Of a stretch of 64,000 nt of DNA, positions 16,754 to 26,693 are shown in pieces. The notes beneath the pieces were generated by a model that was not told the origin of the DNA, did not search any database, and saw nothing but the letters and a program-made list of their open reading frames with translations. The stretch's first letter is position 1. Every line of letters starts with the position of its first letter. The position numbers and the translations under genes were made by a program. The stretch comes from an uncultured Planctomycetota bacterium (lineage in GTDB: Bacteria > Planctomycetota > PLA2 > JAEUHO01): contig CAVYXV010000013.1 in assembly GCA_963772585.1 (NCBI GenBank), positions 62,555 through 126,554 on the forward strand, in the 5' to 3' direction.

Positions 16754-17908
16754 GTGGAGGTCCTCTTCGTCCTCGCCGTAGCGGCGCTCGCCGCTTGGGT
16801 CGCGCTCGGCGTGCTCCGTGCGCGGCGATGGCCCCACGAACACGTCCTCCCGAAGACCGGCGACGCGGCAGGCGCCCCGGTCCACGCCGTCGTCCCGGCC
16901 CGGAACGAGGCCGATCGGCTCCCCGCGACGTTGCCCGCGCTCCTCGCCCAGCGACCGCCGCTCGCATCCGTGACCGTGGTGGACGACCGGTCCTCGGACG
17001 GCACGGCGTCGGTGGCGCGCTCGCTGGCCGCCGGGGCGGAGGTGCCCGTCGGGATCCTCGAGGTCGATCACCTCCCCGCGGGCTGGACGGGCAAGGTCCA
17101 CGCGCTGGCCGAGGGGTGGGCCGCCCTCCGCCGCCGGTCGGCCGAGGACCCGTCTCCCCCGTGGGTCTTCCTGACCGACGCCGACATCCTCCACCCCGCG
17201 GACGGCGTGGCGCGCTTCGTCGCCCAGGCGGCGCGGGGCCCGTTCGACCTCGTGAGCGTGATGGCCAGGCTCCGGACCGAGACGTTCTGGGAGAAGCTCC
17301 TCGCACCCACGTTCGTGTGGTTCTTCCAGGCGATGTACCCCTTCCGCGCCTCGAGCGATCCCGCGTCGAAGGTGGCCAGCGCGGCGGGGGGCGCCGTGCT
17401 CGTCCGGGCGGACGTGTTGGAGCGCGCGGGAGCCTTCATCCCGTGGCGGGATGCCACGATCGACGACCTCGCCCTCGCCCGCCACGCCAAGGACGCGGGC
17501 GCCCGCCTGTGGACGGGGTTCGCCGACGACATCGTCTCCACCCGGGCATGCCCGACGCTCCGGTCCTTCGTGGACATGGTGGCACGCTCCGCGTTCGAGG
17601 AACTCCGCCGCCGCGCCGTTCTCGTCCCCGTGGTGTGGCTTGCGTTGCTCCTCGCCTTCGTCGTGCCGCCGGCGGCCACGGCGGCCGGGGTCCTGGCGGC
17701 GAACGCGCCGCTCCTGGTCGTGGGCGCCGCCGGCTGGTTCCTCCTGCTCGTCCAGGTCCTCCCGTCCTTTCGTCACCACCGGGTGCCGGCCCCGTTCGCG
17801 CTGCTCGTCCCGCTGGCGGCGGTTCTCTACGCGTGGATGACCACGGTCTCGGCGTGGCGGCACCTGCGAGGTACGCGGACTCCCTGGCGTAGCCCGGCGC
17901 CGCAGTAG
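16754..17908 (+). CDS. family-2 glycosyltransferase (HpnB / ceramide-glucosyltransferase-like), membrane
   Basis: N-terminal TM helix. GT2 motifs (AVVPARNEADRL, VVDDRSSDGT, FLTDADI). C-terminal TM helices. Confidence 0.7.
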   Translation: MEVLFVLAVAALAAWVALGVLRARRWPHEHVLPKTGDAAGAPVHAVVPARNEADRLPATLPALLAQRPPLASVTVVDDRSSDGTASVARSLAAGAEVPVGILEVDHLPAGWTGKVHALAEGWAALRRRSAEDPSPPWVFLTDADILHPADGVARFVAQAARGPFDLVSVMARLRTETFWEKLLAPTFVWFFQAMYPFRASSDPASKVASAAGGAVLVRADVLERAGAFIPWRDATIDDLALARHAKDAGARLWTGFADDIVSTRACPTLRSFVDMVARSAFEELRRRAVLVPVVWLALLLAFVVPPAATAAGVLAANAPLLVVGAAGWFLLLVQVLPSFRHHRVPAPFALLVPLAAVLYAWMTTVSAWRHLRGTRTPWRSPAPQ

Positions 17909-17919
17909 AGTCGAGGGCG

Positions 17920-19746
17920 ATGCGTCGATCCCTCCTCCTCCTGTTCGCGTTCGCCCTGCTGTTTCTCGGCCGCAGCGCGGAAGCCGCTCCTCGCGACGAG
18001 CCGCAGGCGAAGGTCCCGCCGGTCGAACGGAACCTCGTGTACGCGACGGCCGGCGACCGGGCGCTGCACCTCGATCTCTACCGCCCGGCGCCGTCCGCTT
18101 CGCCCGCGCCCGTCGTGCTCTGGCTCCACGGCGGCGCTTGGCGCATGGGCAGCAAGCTCTTCTGCCCCATCTTCTGGCTGCGGGACGAGGGCTTCGCCGT
18201 GGCCAGCGTGGACTACCGCCTGAGCGGCGAAGCGACGTGGCCCGCCCAGATCCACGACGTGAAGGCGGCGGTGCGTTGGCTCCGCGCGAACGCGGCGACG
18301 TACGGCTTCGACGCCGGCGCGATCGGCGTGGCCGGCGCGTCGGCGGGGGGCCATCTCGCGGCGCTGCTCGGGACGTCGGGCGGCGTCGAGGCGCTGGAAG
18401 GGGATCTCGGCGACCACGCCGACGTCTCGAGCCGCGTCGCCGCGGTCTACGACATGTTCGGTCCGACCGACCTCGTCCACATCTACGAGGACGCGCGAGT
18501 GGACGGGAAGCTCCCGAAGGAGATGGACGCGGTGGCCGCCTTCCTCGGCGGAGAGAGAGCGGAGAGGAAAGAGAGGGCCCGACTCGCGAGCCCGCTCACC
18601 TGGGTCAGCCCCGACGACCCGCCCTTCCTGATCGTCCACGGAGAAGAGGACTTCCTCGTCCCGGTCGCCCAGAGCGTCCGGCTGGAGAAGGCGCTGAGGG
18701 ACGTCGGCGTCCCCGCGACGCTGGTGGTCATCCCGGGCGCCAGCCACGGCGGGTTGGCGTTCCTCACGAAGACCGAGCGCCATCGCATGCTCGACTTCTT
18801 CCGCCTGCACCTCTTCCACGAAGAGACCGCGGCCGTCCCGAAGGAAGCCGCGCGGATACGCGAGGCGGTCCGGCCCGGCCCCTTCGAGATCGCGCGGTTC
18901 GAAACCCCGCTCCTCGACCCGCTCCGGAAGAAGTCGCTCCCGATCGCCGTCACGTGGCCCGTCCGCAAGGGGCCGTGTCCGGTGATCGTCTTCTCCCACG
19001 GGGCGTTCGGGTCGCGGGAGGGCTATCGCCCGCTCGTCGATCACTGGGCGAGCCACGGGTGGGTCGTCGTGCAGCCCACGCACGAGGACTCCCTCTCGCT
19101 ACGCAAGGGCGCCGGGGCGCGCGCGAACCCCTTCCGGCACTGGCGCTCGCGCATCGGCGACGTGCGGCTCGTGCTCGACGACCTGGAGGCCATCGGCGCG
19201 ATGCTCCCCGGTTTCGAGGGGACCCTCGATACCGGGCACGTCGCCGTGGCCGGCCACTCGTTCGGCGCGCACACGGCCCAACTCCTGGCCGGCGCCACGA
19301 CGCGCGAGGAGGGAGCGACGGAGCGCGGCGTCCATCGGGATGGGCGGCCGAAGGCCTTCCTGCTGATCTCCCCGCAGGGGAGCGGCGACCTCCTCGACGC
19401 GGACTCCTGGACGACGATGACGCCGCCCGTGATGGTGATCACGGGGACGGAGGACAGGGGGCGCGGCGGGCAGCCCTTCAACTGGCGGACCGAGCCGTGG
19501 TCGCGGGCCGCGCCCGGCGAGAAGTTCCTCGCCGTCCTCCAGGGCGCCGACCACGGCTTCGGAGGGATCGCCGGCGCGCACGCCCTCGCGCGGCGCCGCG
19601 ACCCGGCGATGGTCGATCGCGTCCGCGCCCTCTCGCTCCTCTTCCTCGAGGCCGAGGTCCGTGGCGACGAGGCCGCCCGCGCGGCCTTGGCCCAGGCGCC
19701 GCTCCGCGCGGTCCTCGGCCCGGAGGTCCGCCTCTCCGTCCGGTAG
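17920..19746 (+). CDS. secreted tandem alpha/beta-hydrolase (esterase/lipase-type domain + PAF-acetylhydrolase/dienelactone-hydrolase-like domain)
   Basis: Signal peptide. Domain 1: HGGAW...GASAGGHLA...HGEED. Domain 2: VIVFSHGAFGS...VAGHSFGAHTA...GADHGF. Confidence 0.8.
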   Translation: MRRSLLLLFAFALLFLGRSAEAAPRDEPQAKVPPVERNLVYATAGDRALHLDLYRPAPSASPAPVVLWLHGGAWRMGSKLFCPIFWLRDEGFAVASVDYRLSGEATWPAQIHDVKAAVRWLRANAATYGFDAGAIGVAGASAGGHLAALLGTSGGVEALEGDLGDHADVSSRVAAVYDMFGPTDLVHIYEDARVDGKLPKEMDAVAAFLGGERAERKERARLASPLTWVSPDDPPFLIVHGEEDFLVPVAQSVRLEKALRDVGVPATLVVIPGASHGGLAFLTKTERHRMLDFFRLHLFHEETAAVPKEAARIREAVRPGPFEIARFETPLLDPLRKKSLPIAVTWPVRKGPCPVIVFSHGAFGSREGYRPLVDHWASHGWVVVQPTHEDSLSLRKGAGARANPFRHWRSRIGDVRLVLDDLEAIGAMLPGFEGTLDTGHVAVAGHSFGAHTAQLLAGATTREEGATERGVHRDGRPKAFLLISPQGSGDLLDADSWTTMTPPVMVITGTEDRGRGGQPFNWRTEPWSRAAPGEKFLAVLQGADHGFGGIAGAHALARRRDPAMVDRVRALSLLFLEAEVRGDEAARAALAQAPLRAVLGPEVRLSVR

Positions 19747-19809
19747 TCCGCGGGGCCGCGTCCGGGGACGCTGCCGTACGGCCCGAGGGCCTGCCTACAA
19801 TGCGCCGCC

Positions 19810-20313
19810 ATGCGCACGCTCCCCCTGCTCGTCGTCCCTCTGCTCCTGCTGGCCGCCTGCGGCCAGGACACGCCCCCGCCCGCGGTCCGCGAAATGAAGC
19901 CCCCGACGACGGTCTACCGGACGCCGCCGCCGCAGCCCGACGCGGGCAAGGAGCCCTCGTGGGTCACCGTGGACCACATCCTGATCGCCGCCAAGGGCGA
20001 TCGGATCCCGAACCCTCGCCACGCGGACCCCGAGGAGGCGAAGGCCCTCGCCTACCGCCTCCTCGACGAGTTGGAGAAGGGCGCGGACTGGGACGCGTTG
20101 AAGCGGAAGTACTCCGAGGACCCGCCCCCCGGCGGCCCCTACGCCCTGGCGAACCACGGCGTCTCGCCCCGCAAGGGGGAATTCGAGAGGCGCAGCATGG
20201 CCAAGTGCTTCGGCGACGTCGCCTTCTCGCTGGAGATCGGCGAGATCGGCATCGCGGACTACGACCCGAAGACCTGTCCCTTCGGATGGCACATCATCAA
20301 GCGCATCCGCTGA
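19810..20313 (+). CDS. PpiC/parvulin-type peptidyl-prolyl isomerase lipoprotein
   Basis: Lipobox LLLAACG. Parvulin motifs (VDHILIAAKG...GWHIIKRI). Confidence 0.8.
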   Translation: MRTLPLLVVPLLLLAACGQDTPPPAVREMKPPTTVYRTPPPQPDAGKEPSWVTVDHILIAAKGDRIPNPRHADPEEAKALAYRLLDELEKGADWDALKRKYSEDPPPGGPYALANHGVSPRKGEFERRSMAKCFGDVAFSLEIGEIGIADYDPKTCPFGWHIIKRIR

Positions 20314-20428
20314 AGTGGGCGGAAAGGAAGGGTCCGAGGGCGCGAGGGGCCGCGAGCGGCGCAGCCGCCAAGGGCTTCTCGAAGGGCAACGCCGCATCGC
20401 GGTTCGCGGCCAAGGCGCGGCGTGGGCT

Positions 20429-21274
20429 ATGCTCCGTCGCGTGCTCGCCGCGATCCTCGTCGCCGTCCTCCTGTTGGGGATCGGACTCTTCCTCTTCCGA
20501 CGGCCGTTGACCGACGCGATGCTCTTCTACCCGGACCACGGTCAGGGCCGATCGCCCGACGACGTGGGACTCGCGTACGAGTCGCTGTGGGTAGAGGCCT
20601 CCGACGGTGTCCGCACGGAGGCGTGGTGGATCCCGGCGGGACCCGATGCGCCGGTGATCCTGTTCTTCCACGGCAACGCAGGAACCATCTCGGATCGGCT
20701 GGAAAACGCGGCCGAGCTCCACGGACGGGGCGCGAGCGTGCTGCTCGCCGAGTACCGGGGCTACGGAAACAGCGGGGGCAAGCCCTCCGAGCAGGGGTTC
20801 TACCGAGACGCCCGTGCGGCGCTGGCGGTGGCGCGGGAGCGCGCGGGCGATGCACCTGTCGTGGTCTTCGGCCGGTCGCTCGGCGGTGCCGTCGCGATCG
20901 ACGTGGCCTCCCGGGAACGCGTAGACGGGCTGGTCGTCGAATCGTCGTTCACGTCGCTCGGAGAGATGGCGAAGCGGGCGGTGTCGGTGCCGTTCGCGAG
21001 CGTACTGGCCGCGTACGACTTCGATTCCGTGGCGAAGATCGGGAGGGTGACCGTTCCCGTCCTCGTGATCCACGGCGAGGACGACGAGCTGGTTCCCATG
21101 GAAATGGGCCGCCGGCTCTACGAAGCGGCGCGGGGAGCGCCGTGGCGACGCATCCACGCCGTCGAGGGCGGCGACCACGACTCGACGCTCGCCGTCGGCG
21201 GGGAGGCGTACTGGGAAGCGTGGAAGGCGTTCCTGGCGACGGTGGAGCACCGGGCGGAAGAACCCCGGCGCTGA
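20429..21274 (+). CDS. membrane-anchored alpha/beta hydrolase (S9/S33-like, BEM46-type)
   Basis: ATG at 20429 precedes the TM helix (LAAILVAVLLLGIGLFLF). FFHGNAG, GRSLGG, HGEDDELVP motifs. The ORF extension from 20315 is Arg/Gly-rich junk. Confidence 0.75.
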   Translation: MLRRVLAAILVAVLLLGIGLFLFRRPLTDAMLFYPDHGQGRSPDDVGLAYESLWVEASDGVRTEAWWIPAGPDAPVILFFHGNAGTISDRLENAAELHGRGASVLLAEYRGYGNSGGKPSEQGFYRDARAALAVARERAGDAPVVVFGRSLGGAVAIDVASRERVDGLVVESSFTSLGEMAKRAVSVPFASVLAAYDFDSVAKIGRVTVPVLVIHGEDDELVPMEMGRRLYEAARGAPWRRIHAVEGGDHDSTLAVGGEAYWEAWKAFLATVEHRAEEPRR

Positions 21275-21350
21275 GGGTGTCCGGACGCGGCCTCTCGAAG
21301 GTGGGGTAGGCTCCGATCCCCGGACGAACGGTCCGGGCGGGACCCGAAGC

Positions 21351-21713
21351 ATGGCGCGTCAAGGCCGATCCGTTCCGGCGTGGTCGAGCGACCCGGAGAC
21401 CTGTCCCCGTTGCCGGCGCCCCCTCCCCGCCTGCGCCTGCGAGGCTCCGGCGGGGCGGGAGGCGCCCCGCCCCGCGGGCGTCGTGCGGGTGGGCCGACAG
21501 ACGAAGGGCCGAAAGGGCGCGGGCGTGACCGTGGTGACCGGCACGGGACTGGACGCCGCCGCGCTCCGGGACCTGGCGCGCGATCTCAAGGTCCTGTGCG
21601 GGGCCGGAGGCGCGGTGAAAGCGGGCGACATCGAGATCCAGGGCGAGCACCGGGACCGGATCGTGAAGGCCCTCGCGGCCCGGGGATGGACCGTCAAGCG
21701 GGCCGGGGGATGA
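21351..21713 (+). CDS. SUI1/eIF1 (YciH) family translation initiation factor
   Basis: KGRKGAGVTVVTG...GAVKAGDIEIQGEHRDRIVKAL matches the SUI1 domain signature. Confidence 0.85.
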   Translation: MARQGRSVPAWSSDPETCPRCRRPLPACACEAPAGREAPRPAGVVRVGRQTKGRKGAGVTVVTGTGLDAAALRDLARDLKVLCGAGGAVKAGDIEIQGEHRDRIVKALAARGWTVKRAGG

Positions 21714-21828
21714 GTCCGTGGGCCCCGGAGCCGCGCCTCGCGCCGAACGGGGGCGCTTGATTGTCTCGCCTTCCCCGGCACAATATGCGCGCACTCTCCG
21801 TTCCGAACGTGGGGGAAACGTCCACTCG

Positions 21829-22836
21829 ATGCGCTGGCTGCTCCCGTTCCTCGTGCTGACCTTCCTGCTCCCCGTGCCCGCCCGGGCGGGGGAGGAGGAG
21901 GAGTCCTCGCAGCAGGCCCCCGCCCCCGAGGCTCCGTCCGAGGAAGCGGTGGAAGAGCCGCCGTCCACCGGCCTCGTCGTCAAGGACGTGGACGTCAAGA
22001 TGGAGAAGGTCGAGAAGGTCAAGCGCCGGCTCCAGGGCAGCCACATCGTGCGCGACCACGTCGTCGTCGGCTGGAACTGGGAGGTCGAGGTCTCGCTGGA
22101 GCGGACCCCCGAGGCGGAGTCCGGTCGGTGGATCGTCTCCGGGGACGTCTTCGACAAGCTCAAGGCGGCTTCCCAACGCGTGTCGGACTGGCACTGGGGG
22201 AAGAAGTCGAAGCTGCGGGTGCGGATCGTCGCGCAGGGCTACCTGCCGGCGGACAAGGGCGACATCCTCTCCTCGGTGCCGCTCATGGCCGCTCGCACGC
22301 TGCGCGACGACATCCAGATCGCGCCCCCGCCGGAACCGAAGCCGGAGCCCGAACCGGAACCCGAGCCCGAAGCCACGCCCCCGGCCCCCGAGCCCGTCCG
22401 GGAGAAGCCCAAGCCGAAGCGCAGCAACCCGCAGGACCCGCGCCTCAGCCGCAAGGAGAGCATCGACCTGGTCGCGAGCTGGGCGAAGGAGCGGGAAGAC
22501 ATCAAGACGCGGATCGCGCGCTACCGCACCGTCATCAAGGGCGCGGAGGGGCAGGGGCACGAGGACAAGACGAAGCAGGCGACCCGGCTGCTCGACGGGG
22601 CGGCGAAAGCCCTCGAGGACTCCACGGGGCCCTACCTCGCGTGCCAGGCGCTCGTCGATGCGGGCGAGCGCGTCCTGCTGCGGCTGCGCCTCGAGGTCAA
22701 CACGCAGCACTTCAAGGCCGAGCGGGACCTCCTGTCCGTGGACGAGCTGCTGCTCGTCTTCACGGGTCCCGGGAGCGGCGGCGGCACCGACGACGGCGGC
22801 GGTGACCAGGGCGGCGGGACCGGCGAGGGCGGGTAG
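21829..22836 (+). CDS. secreted hypothetical protein with an acidic and (PE)n linker
   Basis: ATG at 21829 followed by a signal peptide (MRWLLPFLVLTFLLPVPARA). PEPKPEPEPEPEPEA low-complexity linker. No recognisable domain. Confidence 0.5.
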   Translation: MRWLLPFLVLTFLLPVPARAGEEEESSQQAPAPEAPSEEAVEEPPSTGLVVKDVDVKMEKVEKVKRRLQGSHIVRDHVVVGWNWEVEVSLERTPEAESGRWIVSGDVFDKLKAASQRVSDWHWGKKSKLRVRIVAQGYLPADKGDILSSVPLMAARTLRDDIQIAPPPEPKPEPEPEPEPEATPPAPEPVREKPKPKRSNPQDPRLSRKESIDLVASWAKEREDIKTRIARYRTVIKGAEGQGHEDKTKQATRLLDGAAKALEDSTGPYLACQALVDAGERVLLRLRLEVNTQHFKAERDLLSVDELLLVFTGPGSGGGTDDGGGDQGGGTGEGG

Positions 22837-22863
22837 CCGCGGCGCAGGCCGCGGTGTCCCATC

Positions 22864-23205
22864 TCACCGGTGGTCTTCGCCCGGGACGCACACGCAGCCC
22901 CCGATCCACAGGCGATCGAGGAACGAGGACGGACCGTGCGGCCGGTACCGCACGAGCTCGCGCAAGCGTTCGGGCGAGACGTCGAGATCGAGGGGGGACG
23001 TGCCATCGGCGAGGTTGGACGGCGGCGCTTCGCGCGCGCCCGCGCGCATCCACCGTCCCGGCCTCGCGGGGGTTCCTTTTCGCGCCGCAGCGACGGCGCG
23101 GGACGGTTCGAGCGCGCCCCGGTCCAGGGGAAGGCGCGCCCGGCAGGCCGCGAGGCCGAAGAAGAGGGCCGCCGCCCCTGCGACTCGGATCCGCCGTCGT
23201 GTCAT
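22864..23205 (-). CDS. small hypothetical lipoprotein
   Basis: Lipoprotein signal MTRRRIRVAGAAALFFGLAAC. Occupies an otherwise empty gap between convergent genes. Composition is otherwise Arg/Pro-rich, so this is uncertain. Confidence 0.35.
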   Translation of the reverse strand: MTRRRIRVAGAAALFFGLAACRARLPLDRGALEPSRAVAAARKGTPARPGRWMRAGAREAPPSNLADGTSPLDLDVSPERLRELVRYRPHGPSSFLDRLWIGGCVCVPGEDHR

Positions 23206-23312
23206 GCCCGGCCTCCCGGCTCCATCCTACGCGGCGGATGACCGTTCGTTGGAAGCCACGCCCCCCGGCCGGTCCCCCCGGGGCGGGGAAGGGGCGCTGG
23301 TACCCTCCGGGC

Positions 23313-26300
23313 ATGCTGGGTCGCCTTCCCAAGGTCGGGTCGTCGGTCGCGGGACTCCTCCTCCTCCTCGCCCTGGGCCTCGCCGGCGGGGGCGCCCGCG
23401 CCGGCGAGGAGACGCCCCTGGAGGCGGGCCTCGCCGTGGTGGACCTCACCCCCGCGCCCGGGGTGGCGCTGGGCGGGTACGCGGCGCGGTGGGGTCGCCC
23501 GAGCCTCGCCGTCCACGACGCGGTCGAGGCGCGCGCCCTCGTGCTCCGCCAGGGCGACCGGAGCGTCGCCCTCGTCTCGGTGGATCTCGTGGGCGTGAGC
23601 CGACGCGTGACCGAGCTCGTGCGACGCCGCGTCGCCGATCTCGGATTGGACGACGTCGTGCTCACCGCGACCCACACCCACGCAGGCCCCGGGGGCTTGA
23701 CGACCGTCCCTCTCTGGCGAACGTCCATGGGCGCCTTCGACCGCGGTCTCTTCGCGCGCACGGCCGCGCGGATCGAGGCTGCCATCCGACGCGCCTACGC
23801 GGATCTCGACCCGGCGGTGATCCGTGCAGGCCGCACGTCCGGCGAACGCCTGCGCGGCGCGGTGCGCCGCCGCGCCGAGGTCGGCGTCGAACCCGACGCC
23901 TCGCTGGGCGTGATCCGGATCGACCGACCCGACGGTTCTCCCCGCGGCGCGGTCGTGCACTTCGGCGCCCACCCGACGCTGATCGGGGCGGGAGTGCGGG
24001 CGATCAGCGCGGGGTGGCCGGGGGCGGCGCGTCGCGAGGTCGAACGACGGCTGCCCGGCGTGACCGCAATCTTCCTCCAGGGCGCGGAGGGCGACGTCTC
24101 CCCCGTTACGCCGCCGAACACGTCGCCCGACGTGTGGGCGAAGGTGGCGGCGTACGGACGCCTGGTGGGCGACGCGGCCATCGAGGAGTACGGCCGCCTC
24201 GGCGAGCGGGACCGGGAGCGCATCGGACTCGTCGTCGAAGGCACGCGCATCGCGCACGTGCCGACGGTGGCCGCCGCGCTCCTCGGCGGCTCGCCCGAGA
24301 GCGCGTTGCTGGGTTCCTGGTCCGTTCCCGTCGCCCGCCTACGCCTCGGAACGCTGGAGCTCGTGACGGTGCCGGGGGAACCGACGAGCGCCGTCGCGAA
24401 ACGGATGGGTGCGGGCTCCGCGCGTTGGATCCTCGCCTGCGCCCAGGACCACCTCGGCTACTTCGTGGATCGGCCGACGTGGCGAGCGGCCCGCGACATG
24501 GAGGCGGAGCTCTGCCTGTTCGGACCGGGGATCGCCGACACCCTCACCGCGCTCGCGGACGGCGATCCGCCCCCCCTCGCCGAGGCACCTCCCGGGGCCC
24601 CGACCGCGGACGTCCCCGTCGAACCGGTGGTCCTGCGCGCCCCGACGGGCGGCGGCCCCCGGGGGCTCGGGCGCGAGCACGGGCGACGACTGGCCGTGCC
24701 GATCCGGGGGCTGCTCGCCGCGGCCGAGCGCGCGCTCGAGGACGAGGCCCTCGGCCACGGAGCCGGGCTGCTCCTCGCGCCGGTAGGCCTGGCCACCGGG
24801 CTCTCGCCCCGCGACATGGTGATGCCGTTGCTGGTCCGCGCGGTCCGGAAGCTGCAGCGCCACGCGCCCCCGGCGTTGCTCGACGAGATGGAGGCCGTCG
24901 CCGGGGGTGCCGGCGTTCCGTTCGACGCGATCCTGCTGGAGAACATGTTCCTCACGCTCGCCGAACAGCCCGACAAGCGAGCGCTCCTCGCACTCCCCGC
25001 CCGGTGCACGAACCTCGTCGCGGTCGGCGATGCGACGAGCATGGGCCAGCTCATCCACGGCTCGACGCTCGACTGGGGCATGCACGGCGTCCTCGCCGAT
25101 CGCGTGGCGATCCTCGTGATGGAGCCGGATACGGGGCATCCGTTCGTCAGCGTCACCTGGCCGGGCATGGTCGGCACCCTGCGCGCGATGGGCGCCCAGG
25201 GGATCGCGCTGACGGAGGAGTCCTGCGCGGCGCCCGACGACACGACCACCGACGGCGTCCCGGTGAACCTCCTCATGCGCGACGTCGTGCAGCACGCCTC
25301 CTCCCTCGAGGACGCCGTGCGTCGCGTGGTCGATGCGCCGGGCACGTGCGGCTACAAGATCACCGTCTCCGACGGCCGCGAACTCGACGCCCGGGTGGTC
25401 GAGGTGACGGCGCACCACCACCACGTACGCGCGCCCCGGGGCGGTCTCCTCTACGGATGCGATCCGGAGAGCCCCTGCGTAGGGGGCGACTGCGATCCCC
25501 GCATTCCTCGCAACGACGGTTCGTCGGCACGGCGGTACCCGGTCGTGCGAACCCGGCTCGAAGGGCGGCGCGAACGGATCCGGGTCACGGACGTCGAGGC
25601 GGCGCTGTCGTCGCGCGACGGAGGCGTCCTGAACGGCGGAACGCTCCTCGCGTGCGTCTTCGAGCCGCAGCTCCTCCGCTTCCACGTGGCCCGCGGCGAT
25701 GGCCTGGACGCGCGCGCGGGACGGCTCGCGTTCGTCGCGTACGATCTCGCGCCCCTGCTCTCGCCCGCGGCGCGCGAGCGATACACACCGCCCTGGCCCG
25801 TGACGGACACCGGCGACATCCGGGCGCGAGTGAAGTTGGAGGACTTCCTCGGTATGCGGGTCGAGGAGCTGTCCATCCCCTCGCCGGTGCGGTCCGGGTC
25901 CGCGCGAAACGACCGGTTCACGGCCGAGCTCTACACGCCGAAGGATCCGATCGGCGTCGTGATCCAGCTCCCGCACTGGAAGGACCCGTCGGGAGGGCAG
26001 GGGCAGAAGCTCGTCGCCGTGGGCCTCGCGCGCGAAGGCATCGCCTCGGTCCTCCTCCCGCTACCGTGGCAGTATGGACGGACCCCCGACGGGGCCTCCT
26101 CGGGGGAACGCACGCTATCGCGGGATTTGGCGAGGACGAGGGAGGCCGCGTTCCAGGGCGTCGCGGACGTGCTTCGCGTGGGCCTCTGGCTGGAGCGCGA
26201 GCGCGGCTACCCGCCGTCCCGGCAGGCTCTCCTCGGCCTCAGCCTCGGCGGCCACATCGCCTCGCTCGCCTATGGGGCGACCCCGGACCGCTTCGCCGGC

Positions 26301-26693
26301 GCGGCGCTGCTCCTGGCGGGAAGCCACCGGCAGGGCGCGATCTTCCGGAAGAACGGCGTCACGGACTCGATCCTCGCGCGCCTGCGGGAGCGGGATGTCA
26401 CCTTCGAGGAGGCGCGGGGCTTCTTGCTCCCCATCGATCCCGCCGCGCTCGCTCGGCCGGCGCTGGCCGACCGCGTCCTGATCGTGGCGGGCACGGAGGA
26501 TCCGGTGGTCCCGCGGGAGGCGGTCGAGGCGCTCGCCCAAGCGTGGGGTGGCGCCCGCGTGTCGTGGTTCGAGGGCGATCACTACAGCGTGATCCGGCAC
26601 GTCGCCGACATCATCCACGCCGTCACGGAACACGTGCGGCGTCGTTTCGCGGCCTCCGACCCCACGGACGGCCGAGCCGAGATGCGCCGCTAA
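23313..26693 (+). CDS. secreted three-domain hydrolase: neutral/alkaline ceramidase-like N domain, C45 acyl-CoA:6-APA acyltransferase-like Ntn domain, and alpha/beta hydrolase
   Basis: Signal peptide from ATG 23313. Ceramidase motifs (VDLTP...GGYAAR...HDAVEARALVL...ATHTHAGPGG). C45 region with nucleophile context ARCTNLVAVGDATSMGQLIHGSTLDWG. C-terminal GLSLGGHIA...VAGTEDPVVP alpha/beta hydrolase. Confidence 0.8.
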   Translation: MLGRLPKVGSSVAGLLLLLALGLAGGGARAGEETPLEAGLAVVDLTPAPGVALGGYAARWGRPSLAVHDAVEARALVLRQGDRSVALVSVDLVGVSRRVTELVRRRVADLGLDDVVLTATHTHAGPGGLTTVPLWRTSMGAFDRGLFARTAARIEAAIRRAYADLDPAVIRAGRTSGERLRGAVRRRAEVGVEPDASLGVIRIDRPDGSPRGAVVHFGAHPTLIGAGVRAISAGWPGAARREVERRLPGVTAIFLQGAEGDVSPVTPPNTSPDVWAKVAAYGRLVGDAAIEEYGRLGERDRERIGLVVEGTRIAHVPTVAAALLGGSPESALLGSWSVPVARLRLGTLELVTVPGEPTSAVAKRMGAGSARWILACAQDHLGYFVDRPTWRAARDMEAELCLFGPGIADTLTALADGDPPPLAEAPPGAPTADVPVEPVVLRAPTGGGPRGLGREHGRRLAVPIRGLLAAAERALEDEALGHGAGLLLAPVGLATGLSPRDMVMPLLVRAVRKLQRHAPPALLDEMEAVAGGAGVPFDAILLENMFLTLAEQPDKRALLALPARCTNLVAVGDATSMGQLIHGSTLDWGMHGVLADRVAILVMEPDTGHPFVSVTWPGMVGTLRAMGAQGIALTEESCAAPDDTTTDGVPVNLLMRDVVQHASSLEDAVRRVVDAPGTCGYKITVSDGRELDARVVEVTAHHHHVRAPRGGLLYGCDPESPCVGGDCDPRIPRNDGSSARRYPVVRTRLEGRRERIRVTDVEAALSSRDGGVLNGGTLLACVFEPQLLRFHVARGDGLDARAGRLAFVAYDLAPLLSPAARERYTPPWPVTDTGDIRARVKLEDFLGMRVEELSIPSPVRSGSARNDRFTAELYTPKDPIGVVIQLPHWKDPSGGQGQKLVAVGLAREGIASVLLPLPWQYGRTPDGASSGERTLSRDLARTREAAFQGVADVLRVGLWLERERGYPPSRQALLGLSLGGHIASLAYGATPDRFAGAALLLAGSHRQGAIFRKNGVTDSILARLRERDVTFEEARGFLLPIDPAALARPALADRVLIVAGTEDPVVPREAVEALAQAWGGARVSWFEGDHYSVIRHVADIIHAVTEHVRRRFAASDPTDGRAEMRR

